Shown here in pieces: positions 9,008 to 18,163 of a stretch of DNA of 21,261 nt; positions within the stretch are counted from its first letter, which is position 1, and every line of letters starts with the position of its first letter. The notes beneath the pieces are model-generated. The model had not been told where the DNA came from and did not search any database. It saw nothing but the letters and a program-made list of their open reading frames with translations. Origin of the DNA: Myxococcota bacterium (GTDB lineage Bacteria; Myxococcota; SpSt-1050); assembly GCA_049969675.1 (NCBI GenBank), contig JBMFOP010000054.1, forward strand, positions 1 through 21,261, in the 5' to 3' direction. The position numbers and the translations under genes were made by a program.

Positions 9008-9170
9008 ATTTCCCGATATCCAATGCGACCAATACATAATTATGCCCAACCATATCCATTTCATCATAATAAATGTAGGGGCAGACCTGTGTGTCTGCCC
9101 TGATGATATGGGCGAACACAGAGGTTTGGGCGGACACACTGGTTCGCCCATTTGGGTATGGATTTTTTAA
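9003..9170 (+). mobile_element. Fragment of a REP-associated tyrosine transposase (RAYT, IS200-like HUH)
   Basis: Frame reads NKFPDIQCDQYIIMPNHIHFIIINVGADLCVCP...GEH...GGHTGSP, i.e. the MPNHxH HUH motif followed by REP-encoded peptide. N-terminal half and catalytic Tyr region are absent. Confidence 0.8.
9075..9149. repeat. GTAG-family REP palindrome and partial partner copies
   Basis: GTAG-GGGCAGAC-ctgtgt-GTCTGCCC (9075-9100), then GGGCGAACACAGAGGTTT (9110-9127) and GGGCGGACACACTGGTTCGCCC (9128-9149). Confidence 0.8.
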
Positions 9171-9178
9171 TTTGATTT

Positions 9179-9206
9179 TTGCCTGTTAAGTGATAATAAA
9201 TATAAT
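9179..9206 (+). promoter_or_regulatory. Possible sigma70 promoter of the yhaM-signalling operon
   Basis: TTGCCT (9179-9184)-16 nt-TATAAT (9201-9206), 27 nt before ATG 9234. Confidence 0.5.
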
Positions 9207-9233
9207 TCCTGTGTGTTGCAAGAGGATAAACCG

Positions 9234-10280
9234 ATGGTTGAGAAGTCATTATTTGTAAAAGACCTTAGAGAGAAGCAGAGAGTTCAGACGCACTTTCTGG
9301 TGAGGTCAAAGACAACTCCATTAAATAAAAAGGGGGATCCGTATTTGAATCTGGTTCTCTCAGATAAGACCGGAGATATTGAGGGGAGGGTCTGGGAGAA
9401 TGTTCAGGAGACATCTGATAGGTTTGACGCGGGTGATATTGTGCTTATAGATGCTATAGCTCAGAACTATCAGGGGAGGTTGCAGCTCAGGATAAATAAT
9501 ATCGGTAAGGTGGATAGAAATGAGGTGAATATTGAAGATTATCTGCCGACCAGTCCGGTCCCTATTAACAGATTGTGGGATGAGACAAAACAACTTTTGA
9601 ACTCTGTGACAAATCCCGAGCTCAAGAAGTTGATTTATAAGATCTACGACGATAAGCCTCTCGTTGAGGCAATCAAAAGGGCACCCGCTGCAAAGGAGAT
9701 TCATCATAACTTTGTAGGCGGTCTTCTGTATCACACGCTCTCTATGATGAAGGTGGCGAATTTCCTCGCTTCGCACTATAATATCCTCAATAGAGACCTG
9801 CTGATATTGGGTGCGTTTCTGCACGATATTGGTAAGACGAGGGAGCTCTCGGTGGAGCAGTTCTTTGAATATACAGACGAGGGGAAGTTGCTGGGACATA
9901 TAGTTATTGGGGATAAAATACTTACCGAACTAATTTCAAAGGTTGAAGATTTTCCTCAGGAACTTGCATATGAGTTGAGACATATATTGTTATCTCATCA
10001 CGGGGACCTCTCAAAGGGCTCTCCGAAGGTCCCTGTGACTATGGAGGCATTGATTATTTCTTTTATTGATGAGATGGATGCCCGTGTTGAGAACTGGAAG
10101 AAGATATTTGAGAGGGAGGATGGGAGGAGATGGACATCCTTTCAGAAGATGTATGAGAGGTCTCTATACAGGAGTGCAAATAGAGATGGTAACGGGGATT
10201 CCTCTTCTGAGGAGTTTGAAGGTTTTAAGCCGTTTGCGCAGATGAACCTTATAGAGATGATGAATAAGGGTGAGAGGTGA
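9234..10280 (+). CDS. yhaM: OB-fold + HD-domain 3'-5' exoribonuclease, YhaM/Cbf1 family
   Basis: OB fold (KGDPYLNLVLSDKTGDIEGRVW...YQGRLQL), PAAKEIHHNFVGGLLYHT, LHDIGK, GKLLGHI, HILLSHHG, GSPKVP, IDEMDA. GAGGA RBS before ATG 9234 (the track starts at GTG 9213). Confidence 0.9.
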   Translation: MVEKSLFVKDLREKQRVQTHFLVRSKTTPLNKKGDPYLNLVLSDKTGDIEGRVWENVQETSDRFDAGDIVLIDAIAQNYQGRLQLRINNIGKVDRNEVNIEDYLPTSPVPINRLWDETKQLLNSVTNPELKKLIYKIYDDKPLVEAIKRAPAAKEIHHNFVGGLLYHTLSMMKVANFLASHYNILNRDLLILGAFLHDIGKTRELSVEQFFEYTDEGKLLGHIVIGDKILTELISKVEDFPQELAYELRHILLSHHGDLSKGSPKVPVTMEALIISFIDEMDARVENWKKIFEREDGRRWTSFQKMYERSLYRSANRDGNGDSSSEEFEGFKPFAQMNLIEMMNKGER

Positions 10281-12274
10281 TGCAGGATAGTGAGGTAAAA
10301 AACGCCCTTCTATCTATGGGGCTGATAAATCAGTACCAACTTGAGTATGCAGATGAATGGGTTCGTCGCTCACAGGGGACTTTTTTGAATGCCGTTCTGG
10401 AACTCCGTCTAATAAATGAAGTCTCTCTCTTAAAGCATCTGGCAACAGTTGAGCAGACCAAATATGTCTCTACAGAGAAGCTTGCGAAACTTAAGATATC
10501 TCAGAAGGTACTGAGTTATATCTCTTCAGAGAGGGCACAGAAATTAAAGGCAATGCCCATATATATTGAGCCCGAGAGTGGGGCCGTTGTATTTGTTATG
10601 TCATATCCGTTTGATAATGAGAGGATTGAGGAGATTCGTAATATTATTCAGGGGATGAGTGTAAATATCTATGTGGCATTGCCATCAGCAATTGAGGCAC
10701 TTATTAAGAAGGGGTTCTTTAATGATGCATCGGCATTTGATAATATACAGGAGAGCATATATGAAGACATTGATAGAATTGTGAGGATGCTATTCAAGGA
10801 TACTGATGAGGTAAGAGTGGCGGATTCGGAAGACAACTCAAAGGGTGAGAATGCAGAGACGGAACTCTCCCCTCTGATAGCAGAGCTCCCCGATATAATG
10901 CTCAAAGAGGATACAAAGGATATAGTGGTGGATAAGGGCTCAGTTCAGATTAAAGGGATCTGGGCACTATCTGATGATAAATTGCTTGAACTTATAAATA
11001 CATTTGCAAATATATTGGATACAATGAAGGGCGGACAAAAAGGACACTCTTCAATTGTTGCCAGAAAGTCTGTCTCACTTGCAGAGAGACTCGGCGCGAG
11101 CAAAGAGGAGATATTTCATATAGAACTTGCCACCTACCTGCACGAGACTGGAAAGAGGTCTGATATCCACATTACGCTTTTAGCAATGCATTCCGATGAA
11201 AAATATGTGGAGGCAGCCAGGTCATCATATAATCTACCGGCAAATCTCTTTTCAAAGGTCAATCTCCCAAATGAGACAATCAATATCTTGAATCATATTT
11301 ACGAGTTTTATGACGGTTCTGGTATCCCGGATGGACTATCTATGGAGCAGATCCCACGAGGGAGCAGGATAATTGCTCTGGTGGATGCCTTTGAGGACCT
11401 GATTCACAACCCGGATAATTATGCTAATAAGACATTTGATGTAAATACTGCAATAAATATTCTAAGAATGAATGCAGAGATACTCTTTGACCCCAAATAT
11501 GTAAATATGTTTGCTCAGATTCTGACAAATGAGGAGATGAAGAAGAAGCTCCTTGCAGCGAGTCCCTGGGTCATGGTGGCTGACCCCGATACAGAGAATG
11601 CATCTGTGCTTGATTTTAAGCTCACACAGCAGGGATTTAATGTGGTGGTGGTGAGAGATACTGAGAAGGCAAAAGAGGCATTAAAGAATAACTCTTTTGA
11701 CCTGATTATTACAGAGGTGGATATCACACCCAATGACGGATTTGACTTTATCTATTCATTAAAGAAGGATAGCAGATATTCAAATATCCCGATTATTATA
11801 CTCTCAAAAGTAAGTGACCCGGCATCTGTGGAGCGTGGGCTCAATCTGGGAGTTGTGGACTATATCACCAAGCCATATTCTCAGGATGTTTTTGTACTAA
11901 AAGCCAGAAAGACTATAGAAAATTATAATCAGCAACGTTCATTTGAGGAGAAGAGGCAGAGAGGTGTGAGCGGTTCGCTCTCAGAGATATCTATACCGGA
12001 TATCCTCCAGATACTCTCAAATGCCCGAAGGACCGGGCTGTTATCCATTACCAGTAGTAAAGGGGTTGGAGAGATATATCTTGACTCCGGAAGGGTGGTA
12101 GATGCCATCTTTGGTGGATTGCGAGGCGAGGAGGCTTTTTATCAGATAGTGGGATGGGATGACGGCACCTTCAGTCTGGATCCGGATGTCCTTATGCTCG
12201 GTGCTACAATAAATAGGAGTACAGACGGACTCATTATGGAGGGTCTGAGAAGACTTGATGAATCCAAGAAGTAG
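10277..12274 (+). CDS. Multidomain signalling protein: MshEN/T2SSE_N-like, degenerate HD-GYP, pseudo-receiver, DUF4388 (PATAN-like)
   Basis: N-terminal LLSMGLINQYQLEYA...VLELRLINE repeat; GHSSIVA...LHETGK...HIYEFYDGSGIPDGL...IPRGSRIIALVDAFE; REC VMVADPD...DLIITEVD...IILS...TKP; C-terminal GSLSEISIPDILQIL...RTGLL...GEEAF...W.DGTF...LIMEGLRRLDE. Confidence 0.85.
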   Translation: MMQDSEVKNALLSMGLINQYQLEYADEWVRRSQGTFLNAVLELRLINEVSLLKHLATVEQTKYVSTEKLAKLKISQKVLSYISSERAQKLKAMPIYIEPESGAVVFVMSYPFDNERIEEIRNIIQGMSVNIYVALPSAIEALIKKGFFNDASAFDNIQESIYEDIDRIVRMLFKDTDEVRVADSEDNSKGENAETELSPLIAELPDIMLKEDTKDIVVDKGSVQIKGIWALSDDKLLELINTFANILDTMKGGQKGHSSIVARKSVSLAERLGASKEEIFHIELATYLHETGKRSDIHITLLAMHSDEKYVEAARSSYNLPANLFSKVNLPNETINILNHIYEFYDGSGIPDGLSMEQIPRGSRIIALVDAFEDLIHNPDNYANKTFDVNTAINILRMNAEILFDPKYVNMFAQILTNEEMKKKLLAASPWVMVADPDTENASVLDFKLTQQGFNVVVVRDTEKAKEALKNNSFDLIITEVDITPNDGFDFIYSLKKDSRYSNIPIIILSKVSDPASVERGLNLGVVDYITKPYSQDVFVLKARKTIENYNQQRSFEEKRQRGVSGSLSEISIPDILQILSNARRTGLLSITSSKGVGEIYLDSGRVVDAIFGGLRGEEAFYQIVGWDDGTFSLDPDVLMLGATINRSTDGLIMEGLRRLDESKK

Positions 12275-13877
12275 TGAATACGAGGCGACACTCTCAGTAT
12301 TAAGAGAGGGAGTTGAGAAAATAATAGTAAGGATAGAGAAGGGTGAATTCAGAGTGGGGGCATCTCTACTCTGTGATATATCAATTCCACAGTCAGGTTT
12401 AGATGATTTCCATTTTGAGATAATTGCAAAGGGGAATACTTATCTATTAAGACCGTTAGCTAAGGGCAGGATATCAATCAATAACAAAGAGATTGAAAAG
12501 GAGACGACACTCAAAGATGATGACAGAATCAAAGCAGGTAATCTGGATTTTCATTTTCATGTGAAGGGCACTACCTCCTCTGGCTCAACCGCAATCCTAC
12601 AGGAGGATAGTGAGGAATCTATTCAAAAAAGGGCATATCTTGTTATCTTATCCGATGAGGGTGAAAAGGTATTTGAGATAAATAGCAAAGGACAGACCAC
12701 TTTGGGCTCGGGAGAGAAGGCGGATATCAGAATCAAAGATAAATATGTCTCTGAAAACCACTGTACATTCTTTGTAGATAGGAATACATATTTCATAAGG
12801 GATAATCTTTCAAAGAATGGGACATTTGTAAATGGGGTCAGGACCAGAGAGGCTGAGGTAAAGAGTGGCTCTGTGATAAGAGTTGGTAAGACAGAGCTTC
12901 TCTTTAGAATTGAATCAACGGGCCACGGTGTCGCCATAGAGGATACAGATGAATTTTGCGGTATAATAGGGTTTTCCGTTCAGATGAAGGAGTTGTTTGG
13001 CTTAATAAAGAAGGTCGCCCCGACAGATATCCCGGTGCTGATTACCGGTGAATCCGGGACAGGGAAGGAGCTCGTGGCGAGGGCGATATTCAAGAATTCC
13101 CGCAGGGTTGATAAAGTATTTATTCCTCTTAATTGCTCATCCATTTCAAGGGAGGTTATGGAGAGTGAACTCTTTGGGCATATAAAAGGTGCATTTACAG
13201 GTGCAATCTCTAACAGAAAGGGCATCTTTGAGGAGGCGACAGATGGAACGGTCTTTCTGGATGAGATAGGGGATATGCCGATTGACCTTCAGGCGAAGAT
13301 TTTAAGGACAATAGAGTATGGTGAGGTCAGGCCTGTTGGTTCAAATAAGCCTATTATAGTCAATACAAGGATAATCTCCGCTACCAATAAAGATCTGCTA
13401 AGGGCATCCAGAAGTGATCAGTTTAGAGAGGACCTTTATTATAGACTTGGTGTGGTGCATCTGTATATCCCATCATTGAGAGAGAGGAGAGAGGATATAA
13501 TCCCGGTGGCAGAGGCATTTTTAAGGAGATTTGCTCCATCAAGGGAGATTCATTTAACTCAAGGTGCAAAAGAGAAGTTACTTGCTTATAACTGGCCCGG
13601 CAATGTCAGAGAACTCAAGAATGTCATTATCAGGTCAATCCTCTTCTCAAAAGAGAACACCATTGATGATTCAGCCATAACCTTTCAGTCAACAGGGCTT
13701 AAAGATTATATGAACTATGCGGATAGATTCATCAGGGTAAAACCACTTGTTCAGGTTGAGAGAGAGATAATCTCAAATGCAATGAATATCTATAATGGAG
13801 ACCTGAATCTGGTGGCTAAGAGGCTTGACATATCAGTTTCGGAATTAAAGGAGAAGCTAAAGAGCTATGGCAAATAA
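12258..13877 (+). CDS. FHA-FHA sigma54-dependent enhancer-binding protein (AAA+, Fis-type HTH)
   Basis: Two FHA-like domains (second: LGSGEKADIRIKDKYVSENH...DNLSKNGTFVNG), Walker A GESGTGKE, ELFGHIKGAFTGA, Walker B FLDEIGD, FREDLYYRL, WPGNVREL, C-terminal HTH-like segment. Confidence 0.93.
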   Translation: MNPRSSEYEATLSVLREGVEKIIVRIEKGEFRVGASLLCDISIPQSGLDDFHFEIIAKGNTYLLRPLAKGRISINNKEIEKETTLKDDDRIKAGNLDFHFHVKGTTSSGSTAILQEDSEESIQKRAYLVILSDEGEKVFEINSKGQTTLGSGEKADIRIKDKYVSENHCTFFVDRNTYFIRDNLSKNGTFVNGVRTREAEVKSGSVIRVGKTELLFRIESTGHGVAIEDTDEFCGIIGFSVQMKELFGLIKKVAPTDIPVLITGESGTGKELVARAIFKNSRRVDKVFIPLNCSSISREVMESELFGHIKGAFTGAISNRKGIFEEATDGTVFLDEIGDMPIDLQAKILRTIEYGEVRPVGSNKPIIVNTRIISATNKDLLRASRSDQFREDLYYRLGVVHLYIPSLRERREDIIPVAEAFLRRFAPSREIHLTQGAKEKLLAYNWPGNVRELKNVIIRSILFSKENTIDDSAITFQSTGLKDYMNYADRFIRVKPLVQVEREIISNAMNIYNGDLNLVAKRLDISVSELKEKLKSYGK

Positions 13878-14268
13878 TACACAGGATAGAAGAGGGACAG
13901 AGAGAGTCCCTGTTGAAATTCCAATTACTTATACCCATATCAATACATTTTTGCACGATTATATAAACAATATCTCTCTTGGCGGCACATTTATAAAGAC
14001 CTCAAACTTTTTGCCTATCGGGACGAGACTCAGATTTGTAATAAGACTCCCACAGCGAGATGAGGAATTATCTCTCAATGCAGAAGTGGTCTCGGTAAGA
14101 GAGAAAGAGGAGGTCGTAAAAGGCTCTATTTTACCACAGGGGATGGGGCTCAAATTTATCTATGATTCGGAAGAGGAAGAGAGGAGATTTTGTGAGAAGA
14201 TTGATAGAATCCTTAGAAAAGAACTTGGAGACAAATTGGCAGACAGACTCTTAAAGAAGAATAAATAG
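13867..14268 (+). CDS. Stand-alone PilZ-domain protein (TIGR02266-like)
   Basis: RxxxR (RRGTER) and NxSxxG (NISLGG) motifs, then FIKT...LPIGT...F...LP...AEVV...GMGLKF. Confidence 0.88.
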   Translation: MANNTQDRRGTERVPVEIPITYTHINTFLHDYINNISLGGTFIKTSNFLPIGTRLRFVIRLPQRDEELSLNAEVVSVREKEEVVKGSILPQGMGLKFIYDSEEEERRFCEKIDRILRKELGDKLADRLLKKNK

Positions 14269-14753
14269 GATAAAATTTTTAGTAGCGTAACAAATTCCTG
14301 GACTCACCTTTATTCATTATATAAATATAGGCAAAAAGACAGGTGATATGAAGATATGTATCCCTATTATTATTACACTTGATATTGATGAACCGAATCA
14401 TGAAAAGATTATTTCTGCTTCATAGAAAATTTCAATTTTGTAGTTTTTCATGTTTTATCATGTTTTGCAGTACTCAGAGGCGAGTGCATTATCAGTAGTT
14501 AAGATTAGATTCTCTAATTGTAACTTCTACGCAAAATGTGCAGAAGATTTTCTAATACATTTGGGTTCACCTATGCCGAATTAGACAATGATGAAGAATA
14601 TATCTTTTGGAATTTAATGTTTGTAAAGTAAAGCAGAAGATTTATGAGATTTAAAGAATGTAAGAAAAAATATTTGCCAAAAATAGAACTTAGGTATATT
14701 TTATGAAAATTTCAGCGAGATAAGGATGAGTATATATTCAAAAGGTCGGCTAT

Positions 14754-14782
14754 TTGTTAACCTCCCAAAATTTGTATATAAT
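14754..14782 (+). promoter_or_regulatory. sigma70-type promoter of the defence operon
   Basis: TTGTTA (14754-14759)-17 nt-TATAAT (14777-14782), 21 nt before the ATG. Confidence 0.55.
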
Positions 14783-14803
14783 GTATGTAGAGAATAAGAG
14801 AAT

Positions 14804-17800
14804 ATGAGTAATTTTATTACAAATTGTCCAACAAGACAACTCAAAAACAGGATGCGTGAACTTCTTGTAAGAAGCAGGGAGGCAAAATTCCTTGTTGGTT
14901 TTTTTTATTTTTCCGGATTGAAAGAATTGTATGAAGGCATTAAGAACAACCCGGATATAAAACTAAAAGTCCTGGTGGGACTAAATGTTGATAAGACAAA
15001 CTATGGGCTTATAGAATATGCTGAGAATAATCTTTCAATATCAGACGAAGAAAGGATATATCGTTATTTTGAGTCAATCAAGAAGTCAATAAACTCAGAA
15101 CATTTTGATAATAAAGATTTTTATGAACAGGTGAGATTTTTTATTGAACTTATAAAAGCCGACCGGCTCATAATCAGAAAGACCTTTGAACCCAATCATT
15201 CAAAACTCTATATTTTTAAATTAGACCCCTCACAGGTGGCAAGAGACACTCTATTTATAACCGGCAGTAGCAATTTAACAAAGTCTGGACTCACCCATCA
15301 GGAAGAGTTCAATGTTGAGATAAGTGATTATGGTATTGAAGACGCTGAAAATTATTTTGATGAGCATTGGGAAAGAGGAGTTAAAATCACAGAATTTACT
15401 GATAAGAAACAGAAGCTCATTGACCTGCTTGAGAATGAGACTCTGATAAAACAACTCACACCCTTTGAGGCCTATGTTTTGGTGCTTAAAAATTATCTTG
15501 AGACCTACATATCCGGGGATACTGATGATGAAGCAATTTCAAATATAATGAGAAAGAACAGATATATCCCCTATCGTTATCAGATAGATGCAGTAAAGCA
15601 AGCCCTTGATATTATAGAAAATAATAATGGTGTAATTATTGCTGATGTTGTAGGACTGGGTAAGACAATAATCGCCTGTTTGGTCGCAAGGCAATTGAGA
15701 AAGAGGGGTATTGTTTTGTGTCCACCCGGTATTTTAGGTGATGAGAAAATTCCAAATTCAGGCTGGCGATGGTATCTTGAATCTTTTAGCCTTTATGACT
15801 GGCGCGCCGAATCTATTGGTATGCTTGATGATGAAAATTTTGTAAAATCTATAAAAAGTTTAAAAGACATAGAGGTTATAATTATTGATGAGGCCCACCG
15901 ATTCCGAAACGAAGATACCAAATCATACGAGCAACTCAAGAATCTCTGCCGTAATAAAATAGTAATTTTGCTTACTGCAACACCGTTCAATAACCGGCCA
16001 GGTGATATATTATCTTTATTAAAATTATTTATTACTCCTAAAAAATCTACCATTACCCTGGAAAACAATCTGACCGATAAATTCAGGATTTTTAAAACTA
16101 TATTTGATAAACTTGGCTATATTAAAAAATACCATAATTCAACTGATAAAAAGAAACTTTCAAAGGCGCAGTCTAATTTTGAAGCACTCTTTGGCACCAA
16201 ACAGATTGATTTGAAAAAGGTGATGACCAGAACCAACTATCTTGCAAAACAGATAAGGGATGTGATTGAGCCGGTAACGATTAGAAGGAATCGGCTTGAT
16301 TTACAGAAGAATCCATTTTATAAAAATGAAATCAAAGAATTGACCCGGGTGTCAGACCCGCAAGAATGGTTATTTGAGTTATCAAAAGAGCAGTCCCAAT
16401 TTTATGACCAGGTTATAAAGTATTTTACTTATCCTGAAGAGGGTGGTAGATTCATCGGTGCAATCTATCGTCCTTTTGAATATAAGATTGATCGGAAAGA
16501 CATACAGGAATCCGAAGAGAACAATCGCCGCTACCAGCAGCAGAGAAACCTCTATGACTTTATGAGGAGATTACTGGTAAAGAGATTTGAAAGTTCATTC
16601 GGGGCATTCAAGAAGAGTATAGAGAATTTTAAGAATATCACTGAACATTGTCTGGACTTTATAAATAAGACTCAGAAGTTTATACTGGATAGGGGTCTGC
16701 TTGAAAAAATCTGGACACTGGAAATTGATGAAATTGAAAGGGAACTTATTGAGTATTCAAAAAAAATAACCGATGGTGTATATCCAAAAAATCATGAAAT
16801 CTATGAGGTAGATAAGTTTAAATACCAAAAAGAATTTCTTGAAGGTATAAAATCGGACCTGAAATTATTTGAAGAAATTTTAAAAAAATTGACTGAACTG
16901 AATCTGGTTGACAATGACCCAAAACTTAAAGAATTAATAGAGAAGTTAAAAGAATGGCGTCAAAAAGAGCCTGAAAGAAAGATTATCATATTTTCAGAAT
17001 ACATTGACACGGTTAATTATCTTAAAGCCCCGTTATTAAAAGACTTCAAAAACAGGGTTCTGGTGGTTGCCGGTGATTTATCAGAAAATAAAATTGAAGA
17101 GATAAATAAAAACTTTGATGCCGCTTATCCTGAATCTGATAAAAAAGATGATTATGACATATTACTCTGCACGGACAAAATCTCTGAAGGTTTTAATCTG
17201 AACCGTGCGGGTCTGGTTATAAATTATGATATCCCCTGGAATCCGGTGCGGGTAATCCAGAGGGTTGGGAGGATTAACAGAATTGGCAAAAGGGTCTTTG
17301 CTGATATTTTCATTGCAAATTTCTTTCCAACGGAAAGGGGCGCTGAACTTGTAAACTCAAAAGAGATTGCCGCCCAGAAGATGTTCTTGATTCATAATGC
17401 CATTGGTGAGGATGCAAAAATCTTTGATATTGACGAAGAACCTTCACCTTCAGGATTGTATCAGAAAATTCAACAGAATCCTGATGAATTGGAAAGCGAA
17501 AGTTTTTATACAAAAGTCTTGAATGAGTATGAAGAAATAAAACGGAAATATCCGGAGGTTATTAAACGAATAGAGAATTGTCCCCTGCGCGTCAAGGTTG
17601 CAAAAAAATTTACTGAAGATGAACTCATTGTTTTTATTAGAAAAAGAAGGATTTATGTGCACAGGGTGGATTACAATGGGCAATATAAACCACAGCCGGT
17701 TATTCTGGAAGAGGTGATTGATAGAATCCGCTGTCCTAAAGAAGAAAAATCCCTTGAATTAAGTGGTAATTTCTGGAATGCCTATGAGGTTGTGAAAGAT

Positions 17801-18163
17801 ATAAGGGAAGAAATAATGGCTATCCCTGAACAGAGTCTTGAACAAAAGGCATTGAATAATCTCAAGACCCTCATCGGTCTTGATATTCCGGTTTTAATAC
17901 TATTTAAAGATTTTTTGAGAACCTTAAGGGAAGATATTATTGATTACGGCACGCTTTCTGATTACACCTTACGCAGGATTGTCAATCTGAAGTTTTCTAA
18001 TAAAAATGAAGTAAATAAGACGATGAAGGAATTGGAGAAATTAAAGGAGGAACTGGGTGAGGATTATTTAGTAAAAGAACGGATTGGTGAGAAGTCATTA
18101 TACAGGGAGATTATCATTGCCATTGAAAATCAGAAAGGGGCAACCAATGGTAGGAATAGTTAA
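14804..18163 (+). CDS. PLD (HKD) nuclease fused to an SNF2-like SF2 helicase, RM-associated
   Basis: PLD motifs NHSKLYIF and GSSNLT...EFN; Walker A ADVVGLGKT, Walker B IIIDEAH, LLTATPFNN, IIIFSEY, ISEGFNL, NYDIPWNP, QRVGRINRIG. Confidence 0.92.
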   Translation: MSNFITNCPTRQLKNRMRELLVRSREAKFLVGFFYFSGLKELYEGIKNNPDIKLKVLVGLNVDKTNYGLIEYAENNLSISDEERIYRYFESIKKSINSEHFDNKDFYEQVRFFIELIKADRLIIRKTFEPNHSKLYIFKLDPSQVARDTLFITGSSNLTKSGLTHQEEFNVEISDYGIEDAENYFDEHWERGVKITEFTDKKQKLIDLLENETLIKQLTPFEAYVLVLKNYLETYISGDTDDEAISNIMRKNRYIPYRYQIDAVKQALDIIENNNGVIIADVVGLGKTIIACLVARQLRKRGIVLCPPGILGDEKIPNSGWRWYLESFSLYDWRAESIGMLDDENFVKSIKSLKDIEVIIIDEAHRFRNEDTKSYEQLKNLCRNKIVILLTATPFNNRPGDILSLLKLFITPKKSTITLENNLTDKFRIFKTIFDKLGYIKKYHNSTDKKKLSKAQSNFEALFGTKQIDLKKVMTRTNYLAKQIRDVIEPVTIRRNRLDLQKNPFYKNEIKELTRVSDPQEWLFELSKEQSQFYDQVIKYFTYPEEGGRFIGAIYRPFEYKIDRKDIQESEENNRRYQQQRNLYDFMRRLLVKRFESSFGAFKKSIENFKNITEHCLDFINKTQKFILDRGLLEKIWTLEIDEIERELIEYSKKITDGVYPKNHEIYEVDKFKYQKEFLEGIKSDLKLFEEILKKLTELNLVDNDPKLKELIEKLKEWRQKEPERKIIIFSEYIDTVNYLKAPLLKDFKNRVLVVAGDLSENKIEEINKNFDAAYPESDKKDDYDILLCTDKISEGFNLNRAGLVINYDIPWNPVRVIQRVGRINRIGKRVFADIFIANFFPTERGAELVNSKEIAAQKMFLIHNAIGEDAKIFDIDEEPSPSGLYQKIQQNPDELESESFYTKVLNEYEEIKRKYPEVIKRIENCPLRVKVAKKFTEDELIVFIRKRRIYVHRVDYNGQYKPQPVILEEVIDRIRCPKEEKSLELSGNFWNAYEVVKDIREEIMAIPEQSLEQKALNNLKTLIGLDIPVLILFKDFLRTLREDIIDYGTLSDYTLRRIVNLKFSNKNEVNKTMKELEKLKEELGEDYLVKERIGEKSLYREIIIAIENQKGATNGRNS

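Noticed and set aside
8943..9249. Minus-strand ORFs 8943-9137 and 9064-9249
   Set aside because: Explained as antisense readings of the RAYT/REP fragment and the end of the HEPN gene.
14771..14795. dif- or lox-like TATAATGTATG
   Set aside because: No flanking XerC/XerD arms or inverted repeats; better explained as a -10 box.
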